Origin: Candidatus Spechtbacterales bacterium
Lineage (GTDB): Bacteria; Patescibacteriota; Minisyncoccia; Spechtbacterales; 2-12-FULL-38-22
Direction of reading: 5' to 3'
Assembly: GCA_040879145.1 (NCBI GenBank)
Contig: JBBDKX010000021.1
Location: 29,256 to 93,255 of the forward strand
DNA length: 64,000 bases
A program made the translations under genes and the position numbers. This document shows, in pieces, positions 45,098-54,489 of the stretch; position 1 is the stretch's first letter, and every line of letters starts with the position of its first letter. Below the pieces are notes generated by a model, which saw only the letters and a list, made by a program, of their open reading frames with translations, was not told where the DNA came from and ran no database searches.

Positions 45098-45748
45098 TTA
45101 ATTTTCTGAGTTTATTTTTTCGTTATATTTTTCTAAAACTTTTTTTGCTTCTTGCTGCACAGCGGGGTCTTGGTCAGATTCGGCTCTTCTTTTTATATTT
45201 TCCAAAATAAAACCCTTGTCTGCACCCTCTGTAACTTCAAATAAAACCTCCGCATAAGCTTCCAGGTTTTTCAGCCTTTTGTTTACTTTTTTATCTTCTT
45301 CTTTAAGCATTTCTTTTATCTGTTTCATTCCTTCGCTCGCTTCTCTTTCCATCCCCTCCTCTGTGTTAGCTTTCAACATCTCCTCTATTTGCTCTATGCC
45401 TTCATTTGCTTCTTTCTTCACCCGCTCTTCTCTTTGTTGTTCTATATTAGCTTCTAATAGTTCCGTGATTCTTTCAGCCTCTTGTCGCACCTGATTATTT
45501 TCACCTTCATCATCCGCTGTTCTCATATAACTCTCTAAAACTTTTTCCTTGTCTGAAAAGGTCGCATCTTCAATCGCCTTCTCTGCAAAAAGACGCATAT
45601 CTCTTATCTTGTTTTTAATATCTTGTTCTTGCTCGCGGGCTTCTTTTTTAAGAATATCTTCTAACTCCTCTATGCCCTGTTTCGCATAGTTTTTAAGATC
45701 TTTGCTTTTGTTTAAATCTTTGTTATTATCAAAATTTTCAAGTCCCAT
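45098..45748 (-). CDS. Hypothetical Glu/Lys-rich coiled-coil protein with internal repeats
   Basis: 216 aa; repeated EG(I/M)EQIEEMLK-like segments. Confidence 0.35.
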   Translation of the reverse strand: MGLENFDNNKDLNKSKDLKNYAKQGIEELEDILKKEAREQEQDIKNKIRDMRLFAEKAIEDATFSDKEKVLESYMRTADDEGENNQVRQEAERITELLEANIEQQREERVKKEANEGIEQIEEMLKANTEEGMEREASEGMKQIKEMLKEEDKKVNKRLKNLEAYAEVLFEVTEGADKGFILENIKRRAESDQDPAVQQEAKKVLEKYNEKINSEN

Positions 45749-46081
45749 ATTTTTGATTAATTAATTTTTTGCCTAATATTATTCTAACATAAAAACAGCT
45801 ACAAAAATTGAAAAATCAGAAAATTAAGCTATAATGTAAAGGTTCGCGCTTTACGCGCTCAACTTTGAAAAATACAAAGCACGAAATCCGATATTCGGAT
45901 TTTGAAATTAATTTTGTTGAGCGTTAGCGCCTGCCTGCCGGCAGGCAGGCCTGCCTGCCGCGCTAGCGTAGCGGCGCAGGTAGGAAATCCCGACGCTATC
46001 AAAATCTTTGATTTTGATAGCGTCGAGGATCCACGATACCGCAAGCGAATCAAAGATTTGGGCGGTATCGGGACAAAAATT

Positions 46082-46582
46082 ATGGAAAAACCTGTTATCC
46101 AAGCGCCGGCAGAGGTTTTGCGCAAAAAAAGTGAACCAATAAAGCAATACAATACCCCCGATTTAAAAGGGTTAATTTCGGATATGATGGACACGGTTAT
46201 AAAAGAAGACGGCGTAGGCCTTGCAGCTCCTCAAATAAATATCTCAAAAAGAATTTTTATAATACCCGAGGATTACGCCCCTGAGATAAAAAACCTAAAC
46301 CCCAAAACATGGTTGCGTCCCAAAACGCAAACTGTATTTATTAATCCTGAAATAATTTTTTACAGCGATGTTAAAGAGGAGACAGAAGAAGGTTGTCTAA
46401 GTGTAAAAGGAGCAAATATGTACCACCCAACAAACCGCTCTTATGAAGTTGTAATACGCGCGCAAAATGAAAAAGGTAAAAAGTTCAAAATACGAGGACG
46501 GGGTTTTTTGGCGCGTATATTCCAACACGAAACAGACCACTTAAACGGAATTCTGTTTATAGACAGAATGCATGAAAAATAG
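46082..46582 (+). CDS. def: Peptide deformylase
   Basis: GLAAPQI, EGCLSV, HETDHLNG motifs; start at ATG 46082. Confidence 0.85.
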   Translation: MEKPVIQAPAEVLRKKSEPIKQYNTPDLKGLISDMMDTVIKEDGVGLAAPQINISKRIFIIPEDYAPEIKNLNPKTWLRPKTQTVFINPEIIFYSDVKEETEEGCLSVKGANMYHPTNRSYEVVIRAQNEKGKKFKIRGRGFLARIFQHETDHLNGILFIDRMHEK

Positions 46583-46714
46583 ACAAGCAAATTAACGATA
46601 TATAAATTTAGACCGTTGCAAGCGCCTACCTTATAACCCAAATTTGTTATTAATGAATTCTAAGATAGAAAAAGTGGGGTCTAAATTTATATATCGTTAA
46701 TTTGCTTTTACATA

Positions 46715-47656
46715 ATGAAAAATAAATCAAAAATTATCTTCTTTGGAACTCCGAAATTCGCTGATATTATCTTAAAAGAGCTTATAGCTGCTGACTATAA
46801 GCCCTGTTTGATTGTAACAGCTCCCGACAAACCCGTGGGTAGAAAACAAGAACTTGTGCCGCCTGCAACCAAAATCACAGCAAAAAAACATGGCATAGAA
46901 GTTTGGCAGCCCGAAAAATTGGAAATTGGAAATTGGAAATTGGAAATTAACAAACTTGGTCATATTGATTTTGCTGTAGTAGCGGCATACGGTAAAATTA
47001 TCCCGAAAGAAATTTTAGATACTTTAAAAAACAGATTTGCAAATATTCACCCCTCTCTTTTGCCTAAATGGCGCGGTCCCTCGCCTGTGCACTCCGCTCT
47101 TTTGCATGGTGATACAACAACAGGAAGTACAATTATTTTACTGGATGAAAAAATGGACCATGGACCAATACTTGCACAGGAGGCATTAAAAATATCGGAA
47201 ACAGACACAACAGAAAGCCTCACAGAAAAACTCGCTATACACGGAGCTAAAGTCTTAATAAAAACTATTCCCGATTGGACAAGCGGTAAAATTAAATCAA
47301 AAGAACAAGACCACAACAGCGCTTCATACACAAAAATAATAACCCGTGAAGATGGGCGAGTAGATTGGCACGAGAGCGCGCCAAGCTTAGAGCGCAGGTT
47401 ACGAGCTTTTACTCCTTGGCCGGGACTATTTACATACTGGGAAGAAAAAAGATTAAAAATACTATCATTAGACACAGAAAAAAACGAACAAAAAATAAAC
47501 CCCGGACAGGTTGTACAACATAAAAATATTTTCGCAATACAAACCGGAAGGGGGCTTGTACTGCCGAGGGAAGTGCAGTTAGAGGGTGGCAAGCCAATGG
47601 AAGTAAAAGAGTTCTTAAAAGGCCACCCCGGCATAATAGGCGTTCAGCTTCTGTAA
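46715..47656 (+). CDS. fmt: Methionyl-tRNA formyltransferase
   Basis: IIFFGTP...; HPSLLPKWRGPSP; C-terminal domain; contains (GGAAATT)x4 SSR. Confidence 0.85.
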   Translation: MKNKSKIIFFGTPKFADIILKELIAADYKPCLIVTAPDKPVGRKQELVPPATKITAKKHGIEVWQPEKLEIGNWKLEINKLGHIDFAVVAAYGKIIPKEILDTLKNRFANIHPSLLPKWRGPSPVHSALLHGDTTTGSTIILLDEKMDHGPILAQEALKISETDTTESLTEKLAIHGAKVLIKTIPDWTSGKIKSKEQDHNSASYTKIITREDGRVDWHESAPSLERRLRAFTPWPGLFTYWEEKRLKILSLDTEKNEQKINPGQVVQHKNIFAIQTGRGLVLPREVQLEGGKPMEVKEFLKGHPGIIGVQLL

Positions 47657-47692
47657 AAAATAAACGGGTCACTGCAGTGACCCGTTTATTTT
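47655..47692. terminator. Bidirectional terminator hairpin (AAACGGGTCACTGCAGTGACCCGTTT)
   Basis: Between convergent fmt and 47693..47884. Confidence 0.6.
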
Positions 47693-47884
47693 TTACATAT
47701 GTTTTTTTAAAAGATTAGTCAGCTCGCTTGTGTGCTCTTCCTTATCTTTTTGCATTTTTTCCCAAAAGGCTTTACAATCCGCGCACTCCCCTGCATCTTT
47801 TAAATAATTGTTTTTAATGCGCCACAAGGCCTTGTTCTCCTGCGTTAACTGCAACATTAAATTGTATAAATGATTATCTAACAT
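47693..47884 (-). CDS. Small hypothetical protein
   Basis: 63 aa. Confidence 0.3.
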   Translation of the reverse strand: MLDNHLYNLMLQLTQENKALWRIKNNYLKDAGECADCKAFWEKMQKDKEEHTSELTNLLKKHM

Positions 47885-47920
47885 AGTGTGTTTTAAATTT
47901 TAATTATATTTTTAATTATA

Positions 47921-48475
47921 TCATTCTATTGGGCAAACTAAAGGATCATTAATCTTTTTAGCTAGTACGTATATTGAAACAAGAAGAAGCATAACCCCCA
48001 AAATGCCAAACTCAGCCCCTTTAAACGGCAAAATAACTAAAAGCCCTGTAGCGCCGAGGGATGCTAAAAGAGGAGTTAAAATAAGCGAGCCGCAAGCCGC
48101 ACAGCCTACTCCCAAAAAACCGCTCATAGTACCGCCTATGCTTGAAAAGACTCCCCTCTTTTGTATTCTCTGTTTAGATAAACGATTTTTACTTATCATA
48201 AACACAAGCATTGGTATATTTACCCCTAAAAGAATTGATATCGCAATGGTGCTAAATGCGGACAAAGGAATAACACTTGTCTGTAAACCTCCCACAAGTC
48301 CCCAAAAAAAGTGAAGTTTATACCAAATACTTACAGTCGGTGCCATTAGTACCTTTCCCACAAGTGTGGCATTTGGCGCCAATACAGAAGTAAAAAAAAC
48401 CAAAAACGAAACAGCCACTCCCATCACAACATAGAGTGGCTGTTTAAAAACCCGTTTTAAAGATTTTAGCAACAT
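47921..48475 (-). CDS. Membrane protein with in-membrane CxxC motif (GVGCAACG); thiol-disulfide-related?
   Basis: 184 aa, 4-5 TM; adjacent to DsbA-like gene. Confidence 0.4.
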   Translation of the reverse strand: MLLKSLKRVFKQPLYVVMGVAVSFLVFFTSVLAPNATLVGKVLMAPTVSIWYKLHFFWGLVGGLQTSVIPLSAFSTIAISILLGVNIPMLVFMISKNRLSKQRIQKRGVFSSIGGTMSGFLGVGCAACGSLILTPLLASLGATGLLVILPFKGAEFGILGVMLLLVSIYVLAKKINDPLVCPIE

Positions 48476-48495
48476 TATTGCTATATTATACCTCC

Positions 48496-49302
48496 TTAAT
48501 TGGCCTGAAGCGCTAAGTCAACAATGGCCTTTATGCTGTCGTAAGGTTGTGCTCCATCTACAGGGTATGTTTCACCGTTAGGTGCTACAACTACACTGTA
48601 AGGAGTGCCCCTCAAGCCCGCGTTAAACGCATCTTCCAGGCTGTCTGCAACCTTATCTGCATACCTGCCACTATCTAAGCAAGTCTGGAAAGCTGACCTG
48701 TTAACACCCGCGTAAACCGCTATTTCCGGCAACTGAGAATCCGCAAGTCCATTATTCATTGGACCTACTTCAAACACTCTGTCAATAAAAGCCCAAAAAG
48801 CATCATTTCCGCCAAGCTCTCCCGCGCATTCCGCGGCCTCTGCCTCCCTCGGTGCTTTTGAATGCAGTTGTTCAAGAGGCGCGTGCCTGTAAACCCATGC
48901 CACCTGCCCGTCGTAATCTTCTACAATCTGGTTAAGTGTTGAATGTATTCTTTGGCAAAATGGACACTCTAAGTCTGAATACTCAACTATCTTTACAGGC
49001 GCGTTTGAATCACCTTTTATCCAGTCGTCAGAAGTTACTTCTTTCATCTCTATCTCAGCGGAAGTTCCGGGAGGTACCGGTTCTGCCGTGTTGCCGGGCT
49101 GGTTATTATTTGCCACCTGGTTAGTTCCTGTAGTAGCCCCTCCCGATAAATAAACAGCGGCTGCAATAAACATGCCCGCTATTATTATGGACAAAGGAAT
49201 AAGAAACTGATTATTGTCTCCGCCTTTATCTTCTTTTTTGAGATCTTTTAACTTTGATTCAAGTTCTTTTATCTCGACTTCTGAAGTTTTTTTCTCTGTC
49301 AT
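48496..49302 (-). CDS. DsbA-family thioredoxin-fold thiol:disulfide oxidoreductase, membrane-anchored
   Basis: N-terminal TM, ECPFCQ CxxC active site. Confidence 0.7.
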   Translation of the reverse strand: MTEKKTSEVEIKELESKLKDLKKEDKGGDNNQFLIPLSIIIAGMFIAAAVYLSGGATTGTNQVANNNQPGNTAEPVPPGTSAEIEMKEVTSDDWIKGDSNAPVKIVEYSDLECPFCQRIHSTLNQIVEDYDGQVAWVYRHAPLEQLHSKAPREAEAAECAGELGGNDAFWAFIDRVFEVGPMNNGLADSQLPEIAVYAGVNRSAFQTCLDSGRYADKVADSLEDAFNAGLRGTPYSVVVAPNGETYPVDGAQPYDSIKAIVDLALQAN

Positions 49303-49443
49303 TGTTTGTTTTTAGGAATAAAATTTTTAAAAAATCCTATATCCAAATTAATTATTTATTTTATATGGCAACTTACCTAATTAAGTATATCACAATTTAA
49401 ATAATTTATAAAAGCAAAAGCACCAGAAAAACTCTGATGCTTT

Positions 49444-50325
49444 TTATGAAGCTATAAATTCTTTCACCACTTTATTAAATTCCTCAGGATTTTCGCGGGC
49501 CGGCCAATGTCCGGCATTTTTGAATATATAAAGTTTGCAATCCTGAAAAAGTGTGGATGCTCTGCGGGCTTGCTCAACAGAAAACAGTGGATCAAGCTCT
49601 CCCCAAATAACAAGAGTTGGCACTTCAATACGATGAAGCTTGTCGTCTCTTCTTATCGCTTTTTTCTGTCCACGCAGGCCAAATCCGTGCCTGAACAGCT
49701 TAAGAAACGTACCCCTGTTCTCCTCTCGGGTATTTTTAAGCCGCGCGGGCTCAGGAGGAGTAAGGGCATATTCAAAAATTGCTCCCAATATCTTACCTAT
49801 CTTCGGGACCGCACTTGCTCTGCTTATCCAGTTCTCCGCGTCTTCAATGCCATGATAGTCCAAATACTTCCATAGCTCCCCAACTCCAGGAAGGGTTAAA
49901 AGACGGTACGCAAACTTAATATCTTTACTAAGTCCCGCGCTACCCATAAGAATAAGTTTAGAAATATTCCCTGAAAACTCAAGGGCATAGTCCAGTGCCG
50001 CCAACCCGCCCAAAGAGCCACCAAGTAGCACGGGATTTTCTATATCAAAATGCCTGCGAAACTGCTCTATAAACACCGTTGCTGAAAATATTGACATCTC
50101 ATGTCTATACAAAGGTTCGGATTGACCGAATCCCGGAAAATCAAAAGCGTAAACAGTGTTTGTTTTAGCAAGCTCAGGAAAATGTTCTTCCCACTGAAAT
50201 AGAGACCTTCCAAGGCCGTGAAGAAGTATTATAGGAGGGCCACTGCCGGCCTTCGCGTAATGTATCCTTCTTCCCGCAATTTCTACAAAATCAGGTACAA
50301 ATTGGAACTCTTCACTCAAGGTCAA
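49444..50325 (-). CDS. Alpha/beta hydrolase fold protein
   Basis: ILLHGLGRS, GGSLGG nucleophile elbow. Confidence 0.7.
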   Translation of the reverse strand: MTLSEEFQFVPDFVEIAGRRIHYAKAGSGPPIILLHGLGRSLFQWEEHFPELAKTNTVYAFDFPGFGQSEPLYRHEMSIFSATVFIEQFRRHFDIENPVLLGGSLGGLAALDYALEFSGNISKLILMGSAGLSKDIKFAYRLLTLPGVGELWKYLDYHGIEDAENWISRASAVPKIGKILGAIFEYALTPPEPARLKNTREENRGTFLKLFRHGFGLRGQKKAIRRDDKLHRIEVPTLVIWGELDPLFSVEQARRASTLFQDCKLYIFKNAGHWPARENPEEFNKVVKEFIAS

Positions 50326-50389
50326 TCACCTCCTTTCTTTTACCCTAAGTTGTGTGATGAATTTTTATGTACTGTGTAATTTATATCAC

Positions 50390-50438
50390 AACTAACTAAA
50401 AAAAACAAGGTTGACACCTTGTTTTTTTTAGTTAGTTG
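50390..50438. terminator. 49-bp palindrome / terminator (AACTAACTAAAAAAAACAAGGTTGACACCTTG...)
   Basis: Extended perfect inverted repeat with A/T runs on both sides. Confidence 0.6.
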
Positions 50439-50454
50439 ATATGTTTATTTGTAT

Positions 50455-51096
50455 TTACTGCGTTATTGAAATTCCTGTTGCATAAGCATCCCTGTCTGTT
50501 GTGTTAATTGTGTATATTGCGTCCCAGTCCCAGTCATTATTTAAAAATACACTCTCACTGGTTATCCATCTCTTTGTTCCTGTGTCTCCCTTAGGAACAA
50601 GCATATACACTTTAGGGTCTCCCGCTGATGTGGCGCGTACAAAATTAGACGTCGTAAAAGAATCAAGAGTAGTCTTATTTACAGTCTGCACATCGTTCCA
50701 GTTAAAGTGCCCGTAGCTATCAAAAACATGGGGACTTAAAATAAGTCTCTTAAACTTCTCATTGCAAACATATTTTACAATGTAAATATCAATATCACCC
50801 TGTGCGCGTATAAGAGCGCCGTCAGTGATTCCTGTGATAGTTGTTGCTGCCTGATTAAACGCGCACACTTGGGAATTAACACCGCCCAAAGTATTGACTC
50901 CCGCAACCGTCCCTCCTGTGCTACCGGATGTGCTACCCCCTCCCGTATTGGGCACCTGATTAGCGCAACGATAAATATATCCGTTACTATCTTTGCAAAG
51001 ATAGTTTGCAAAAACATCGGCGGGTACGATAAAAACACCCGCAATCATAGATATCGCCACCCAGAAAACTACTGTTTTTTTGATGTTTAATGTCAT
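50455..51096 (-). CDS. Secreted hypothetical protein (signal/TM anchor, Gly/Thr-rich linker)
   Basis: 213 aa. Confidence 0.4.
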   Translation of the reverse strand: MTLNIKKTVVFWVAISMIAGVFIVPADVFANYLCKDSNGYIYRCANQVPNTGGGSTSGSTGGTVAGVNTLGGVNSQVCAFNQAATTITGITDGALIRAQGDIDIYIVKYVCNEKFKRLILSPHVFDSYGHFNWNDVQTVNKTTLDSFTTSNFVRATSAGDPKVYMLVPKGDTGTKRWITSESVFLNNDWDWDAIYTINTTDRDAYATGISITQ

Positions 51097-51184
51097 AATA
51101 TTTTATTCTCACTAAGTGGACATATTATAACATGTAACTAATTATTTGTAAATACCTACGTATGCACACAAAACTTCCTTTACC

Positions 51185-51790
51185 CTAAGACAACTTATGC
51201 AATAAGTTTGATAGTATCTTTATATCTTTTTCTGCCTTTTCTTTTGTGGTTTTAGAGTAAAGAGAGGCCGCGGGATGGTACATAGGCACTAAATATGCAT
51301 TTCCATATTCTGTTTTAACCCGTATAGAATGCCCGTGAATTTCCCTCATTGGCGCTAAACTATCTATGAGGCCATATTTTTTCATTAAGTACTCTGCCGA
51401 AAACCTACCAAGCGTTACAATTATAGCAGGTTTTATTATGTTTATCTCTCTGTCTAAAAAGGGGGCGTAAAGCTCTATTTCTTCAGAAGAAGGGTCTCTG
51501 TTTTCAGGGGGTCTGTCTTTAACTATATTTGTTATATAGACATCGCTTCTGCTTATTCCCGCAACAGATAAAAGTTTGTCTAAAACCCTGCCGGAAGCCC
51601 CGCAAAAGGGACTGCCTTGTTCTGCTTCGTTCTTTCCGGGAGCTTCGCCTACAAATACTATTTTTGCATCACAACTACCCTCGCCCATAACGTGAAGGTA
51701 GTCATTCTTTTTTCTATACTCATACAAAAGAGAGGTCCGCAGATTAGCGACCTCTCTTTTTATTTTTTCAAGTTCTTTTGCTTTATTCAT
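51185..51790 (-). CDS. Uracil-DNA glycosylase, family 4
   Basis: VFVGEAPGKNE (GEAPG variant of GEGPG), FCGASGRVL; HPAA near the C-terminus. Confidence 0.75.
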   Translation of the reverse strand: MNKAKELEKIKREVANLRTSLLYEYRKKNDYLHVMGEGSCDAKIVFVGEAPGKNEAEQGSPFCGASGRVLDKLLSVAGISRSDVYITNIVKDRPPENRDPSSEEIELYAPFLDREINIIKPAIIVTLGRFSAEYLMKKYGLIDSLAPMREIHGHSIRVKTEYGNAYLVPMYHPAASLYSKTTKEKAEKDIKILSNLLHKLS

Positions 51791-51889
51791 ATCTCAACGC
51801 TTCAATAGGACTCTTTTGGGCCGCCTGCCGCGCGGGGCAAATACCAAAAACTAATCCAACCAGACTTGATACCACAACTCCAAGAAAAG

Positions 51890-52540
51890 TTAACTTTTAG
51901 AAGCACGAATCATGAAAAGCCCTCCCACAGCAAAGGTGCCTCCAAATCCCATTATTAGAAGACTGATGAAAAAAGCAAATTGCGCCAAATAGTCAGCACT
52001 CACTCCCGCGCTAAGCTCTGCTAATAAGCCATGAACAAGCGGACTCCATGCAAGTTCCCTGACTTGAGAGTCCAGTGGATGCATGCGGTCAAAGTCAGAC
52101 CAGTACCTGCCATCAACAGGAACATCATACTCCCCCGCTTCAAATACTTCTCCCATGTACTCAGCATCTTCTTCAAGAGTAACTGTATGTTCGCCGTGCA
52201 TTACGTGATAACTAATTGTGGAAAACTGCACCATCAACTCATCAGATGTATTTACCAAAGGGTCGCCGGGATCCAAATTCCTTTCATTAAGCGGATATTT
52301 CCAATCATCTTTAAGCAGTGACAGAATTTCATTACCCGTATCCACGCTTCCTCTATCAACAAATTCGCCATTTTCGTTGTAGCTTAATTCTATCCCTTGT
52401 GCCTCATATACTGCACCCAGAGATTCCAGACCGGCCTGCGCTCTTAAAAACACAGCGCCTCCGACAGCCATAAAACCAAGTCCCGCCAACATAAATACAA
52501 CCCCGGCAAGTTTTAGATTTTTTTGCATTTTATTTTGCAT
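51890..52540 (-). CDS. Hypothetical membrane-anchored protein
   Basis: 216 aa, TM at both ends. Confidence 0.35.
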   Translation of the reverse strand: MQNKMQKNLKLAGVVFMLAGLGFMAVGGAVFLRAQAGLESLGAVYEAQGIELSYNENGEFVDRGSVDTGNEILSLLKDDWKYPLNERNLDPGDPLVNTSDELMVQFSTISYHVMHGEHTVTLEEDAEYMGEVFEAGEYDVPVDGRYWSDFDRMHPLDSQVRELAWSPLVHGLLAELSAGVSADYLAQFAFFISLLIMGFGGTFAVGGLFMIRASKS

Positions 52541-53107
52541 ATGAATATTATTTTAATTTTTAACTGTAAATAATAAATTATAGCAAACAAACTTTGCGGC
52601 CTTTTTTATTATACACCCGCCTTAACAAAAGAGGAAATATCAGCGGTATTTTTATGAAACAAGATATTTATTTATAGCTTTCTAAGATACCATCTGAATC
52701 ATGGCATATTGACCATAAGAGAAACCAACAAACATTATAAGAAAGCTGAGCAACAGAGCGTAAAATGCAGTTTCTAAGTATTCGTGTATGGTCTTCATGG
52801 TAATGTGTTAGATATTAAAATTTTTTATAACTTTATTCACATTATACAATCATACAAAATAACACGCAAGTCCTTAGTTACTTGCAACAACACGCCTGTG
52901 TCAGCGCTTTCACTCTTTATCTTCGTCCAAAGTTCCCTATATAGCTTGTTCATTTCTTTTTCATAAAACCAAACCCTTTGAAGAAGTTTTGGATACACCA
53001 AAAAAACAACTAAAACAAACACTACTCCATACAGGTAACGGTTTGGGTCGTCTATGCCAAAAAGAATTCTCAATATGGCCGTTACATATATTTTATAATG
53101 CCTATAC

Positions 53108-53136
53108 TATAAAAACCCCGCAAAACGGGGTTTAAA
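53108..53136 (-). terminator. Terminator hairpin CCCCGCAAAACGGGG
   Basis: Downstream of 53139..53549. Confidence 0.55.
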
Positions 53137-53138
53137 AA

Positions 53139-53549
53139 CTAACATCCGGGAAAACCGTCCTCCCAACTACAGGGTCCTGAGTGGTTTTCATAGTACTCAC
53201 ATATCGCAGAACGTCCGCAACCGCCGAGCTTTATCAATTCCTGAGAAAGCTTCTGTCTTGTGTAATCTGCCTCTTCAGACTGCTTTCTCATTACCTGCAT
53301 AAACGAGCGTATAAGTGCCTTCTTCTTTAAGGGATCTGTCTCCCGCTCAACACTTGTGAACAGTTCGTCGTGCATGGCCTTTTTCATGTCACCTCCTATT
53401 TTCTCCCAATCACCCCTCAGGCGCTCACTGTCTGCTCCGTAATATTCTTCATATTTCCAATCAGCAGGACTCCAAAATGATGGGTAGAAAGAAAATATTT
53501 GGCTCATGCCGCGCAAAACGTTTTTCCATGAAATTCTAAACCTCTTCAA
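53139..53549 (-). CDS. Hypothetical protein
   Basis: 136 aa. Confidence 0.3.
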   Translation of the reverse strand: MKRFRISWKNVLRGMSQIFSFYPSFWSPADWKYEEYYGADSERLRGDWEKIGGDMKKAMHDELFTSVERETDPLKKKALIRSFMQVMRKQSEEADYTRQKLSQELIKLGGCGRSAICEYYENHSGPCSWEDGFPGC

Positions 53550-53624
53550 GTTATTCCTCCTTTTTATGTACTGAACTTAAGATACATTAGCTCCCCTGTT
53601 TTTGCAACTATTGCGTTAACGCGT

Positions 53625-53948
53625 CTAACTTACGGAACTACCGGGCTCTACATCTTTTTCCGGAATCAAAAGAACAGGACCATCCTCAGAGCTTGCGGCA
53701 AGTAGCATTCCCTGAGATTCAAGTCCCATTAATTTACGGGGCTCAAGATTGGCAACTACAACTATCTGTCTGCCGACAATATCTTGAAAATTATATTTTT
53801 TTGCTATTCCGGCAAGTACCTGCCTTTCCTCTTCTTCTCCAACATCTACCACCAGCCTGAGTAGCTTATCAGAACCATCTACATTTTCCGCGCTCTTTAT
53901 CGTGGCTATTTTTAATTCAATTTTTGCAAAATCTTCAAAATTTATCAT
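53625..53948 (-). CDS. tRNA-binding domain protein (CsaA / EMAP-like OB fold)
   Basis: 107 aa; FAKIELKIATIKSAENVDGSDKLLRLVVDVG...VVANLEPRKLMG. Confidence 0.7.
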   Translation of the reverse strand: MINFEDFAKIELKIATIKSAENVDGSDKLLRLVVDVGEEEERQVLAGIAKKYNFQDIVGRQIVVVANLEPRKLMGLESQGMLLAASSEDGPVLLIPEKDVEPGSSVS

Positions 53949-54096
53949 GATTTTATTTATTAAATTATAGATTTTATACTAACACCCAAAACAAAAAAAG
54001 GGAATTTATTATTGACGCCAAAAATCAAAAGTGGTATGCTATGTGCAGTTACTTAAACAAATAAATTTCTGGCACCAATACGAAAGGAGGGAGATA

Positions 54097-54393
54097 GTGA
54101 CAACCATAAAAACAACATGCGACAATTGCAGGAATGTTGAAATCTTGGTCAAAGAAATGAAGGGTATAGTCCAAAACCCTGAAACAGGAAATGGTTTTTA
54201 TATATTCTTGTGTGTGGAGTGTGATACGCACCAAAAAAATCCCGCGAACAAAGAGGTAATCGCAGTTCTCTCAGCTTTAGGTATTTCCATCACTCTTGAA
54301 TTGACAGAAAAAGAAATTGATAATTTCTCCGTACAACTTGATAAATTGGAGGATGTAGTTGGCGCAATGGAAGCTGCCAAAAAAGAAAAATAG
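54097..54393 (+). CDS. Hypothetical zinc-ribbon protein (start GTG after GGAGGG RBS)
   Basis: CDNC...CVEC. Confidence 0.35.
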   Translation: MTTIKTTCDNCRNVEILVKEMKGIVQNPETGNGFYIFLCVECDTHQKNPANKEVIAVLSALGISITLELTEKEIDNFSVQLDKLEDVVGAMEAAKKEK

Positions 54394-54489
54394 CACAAAA
54401 AAAATCCGCATACTAAATGCGGATTTTGTTTTGAAATTAAAAATATTTACCTTACGTCCCCTTCTGTTATATGCGTTTCCGGCATATTT

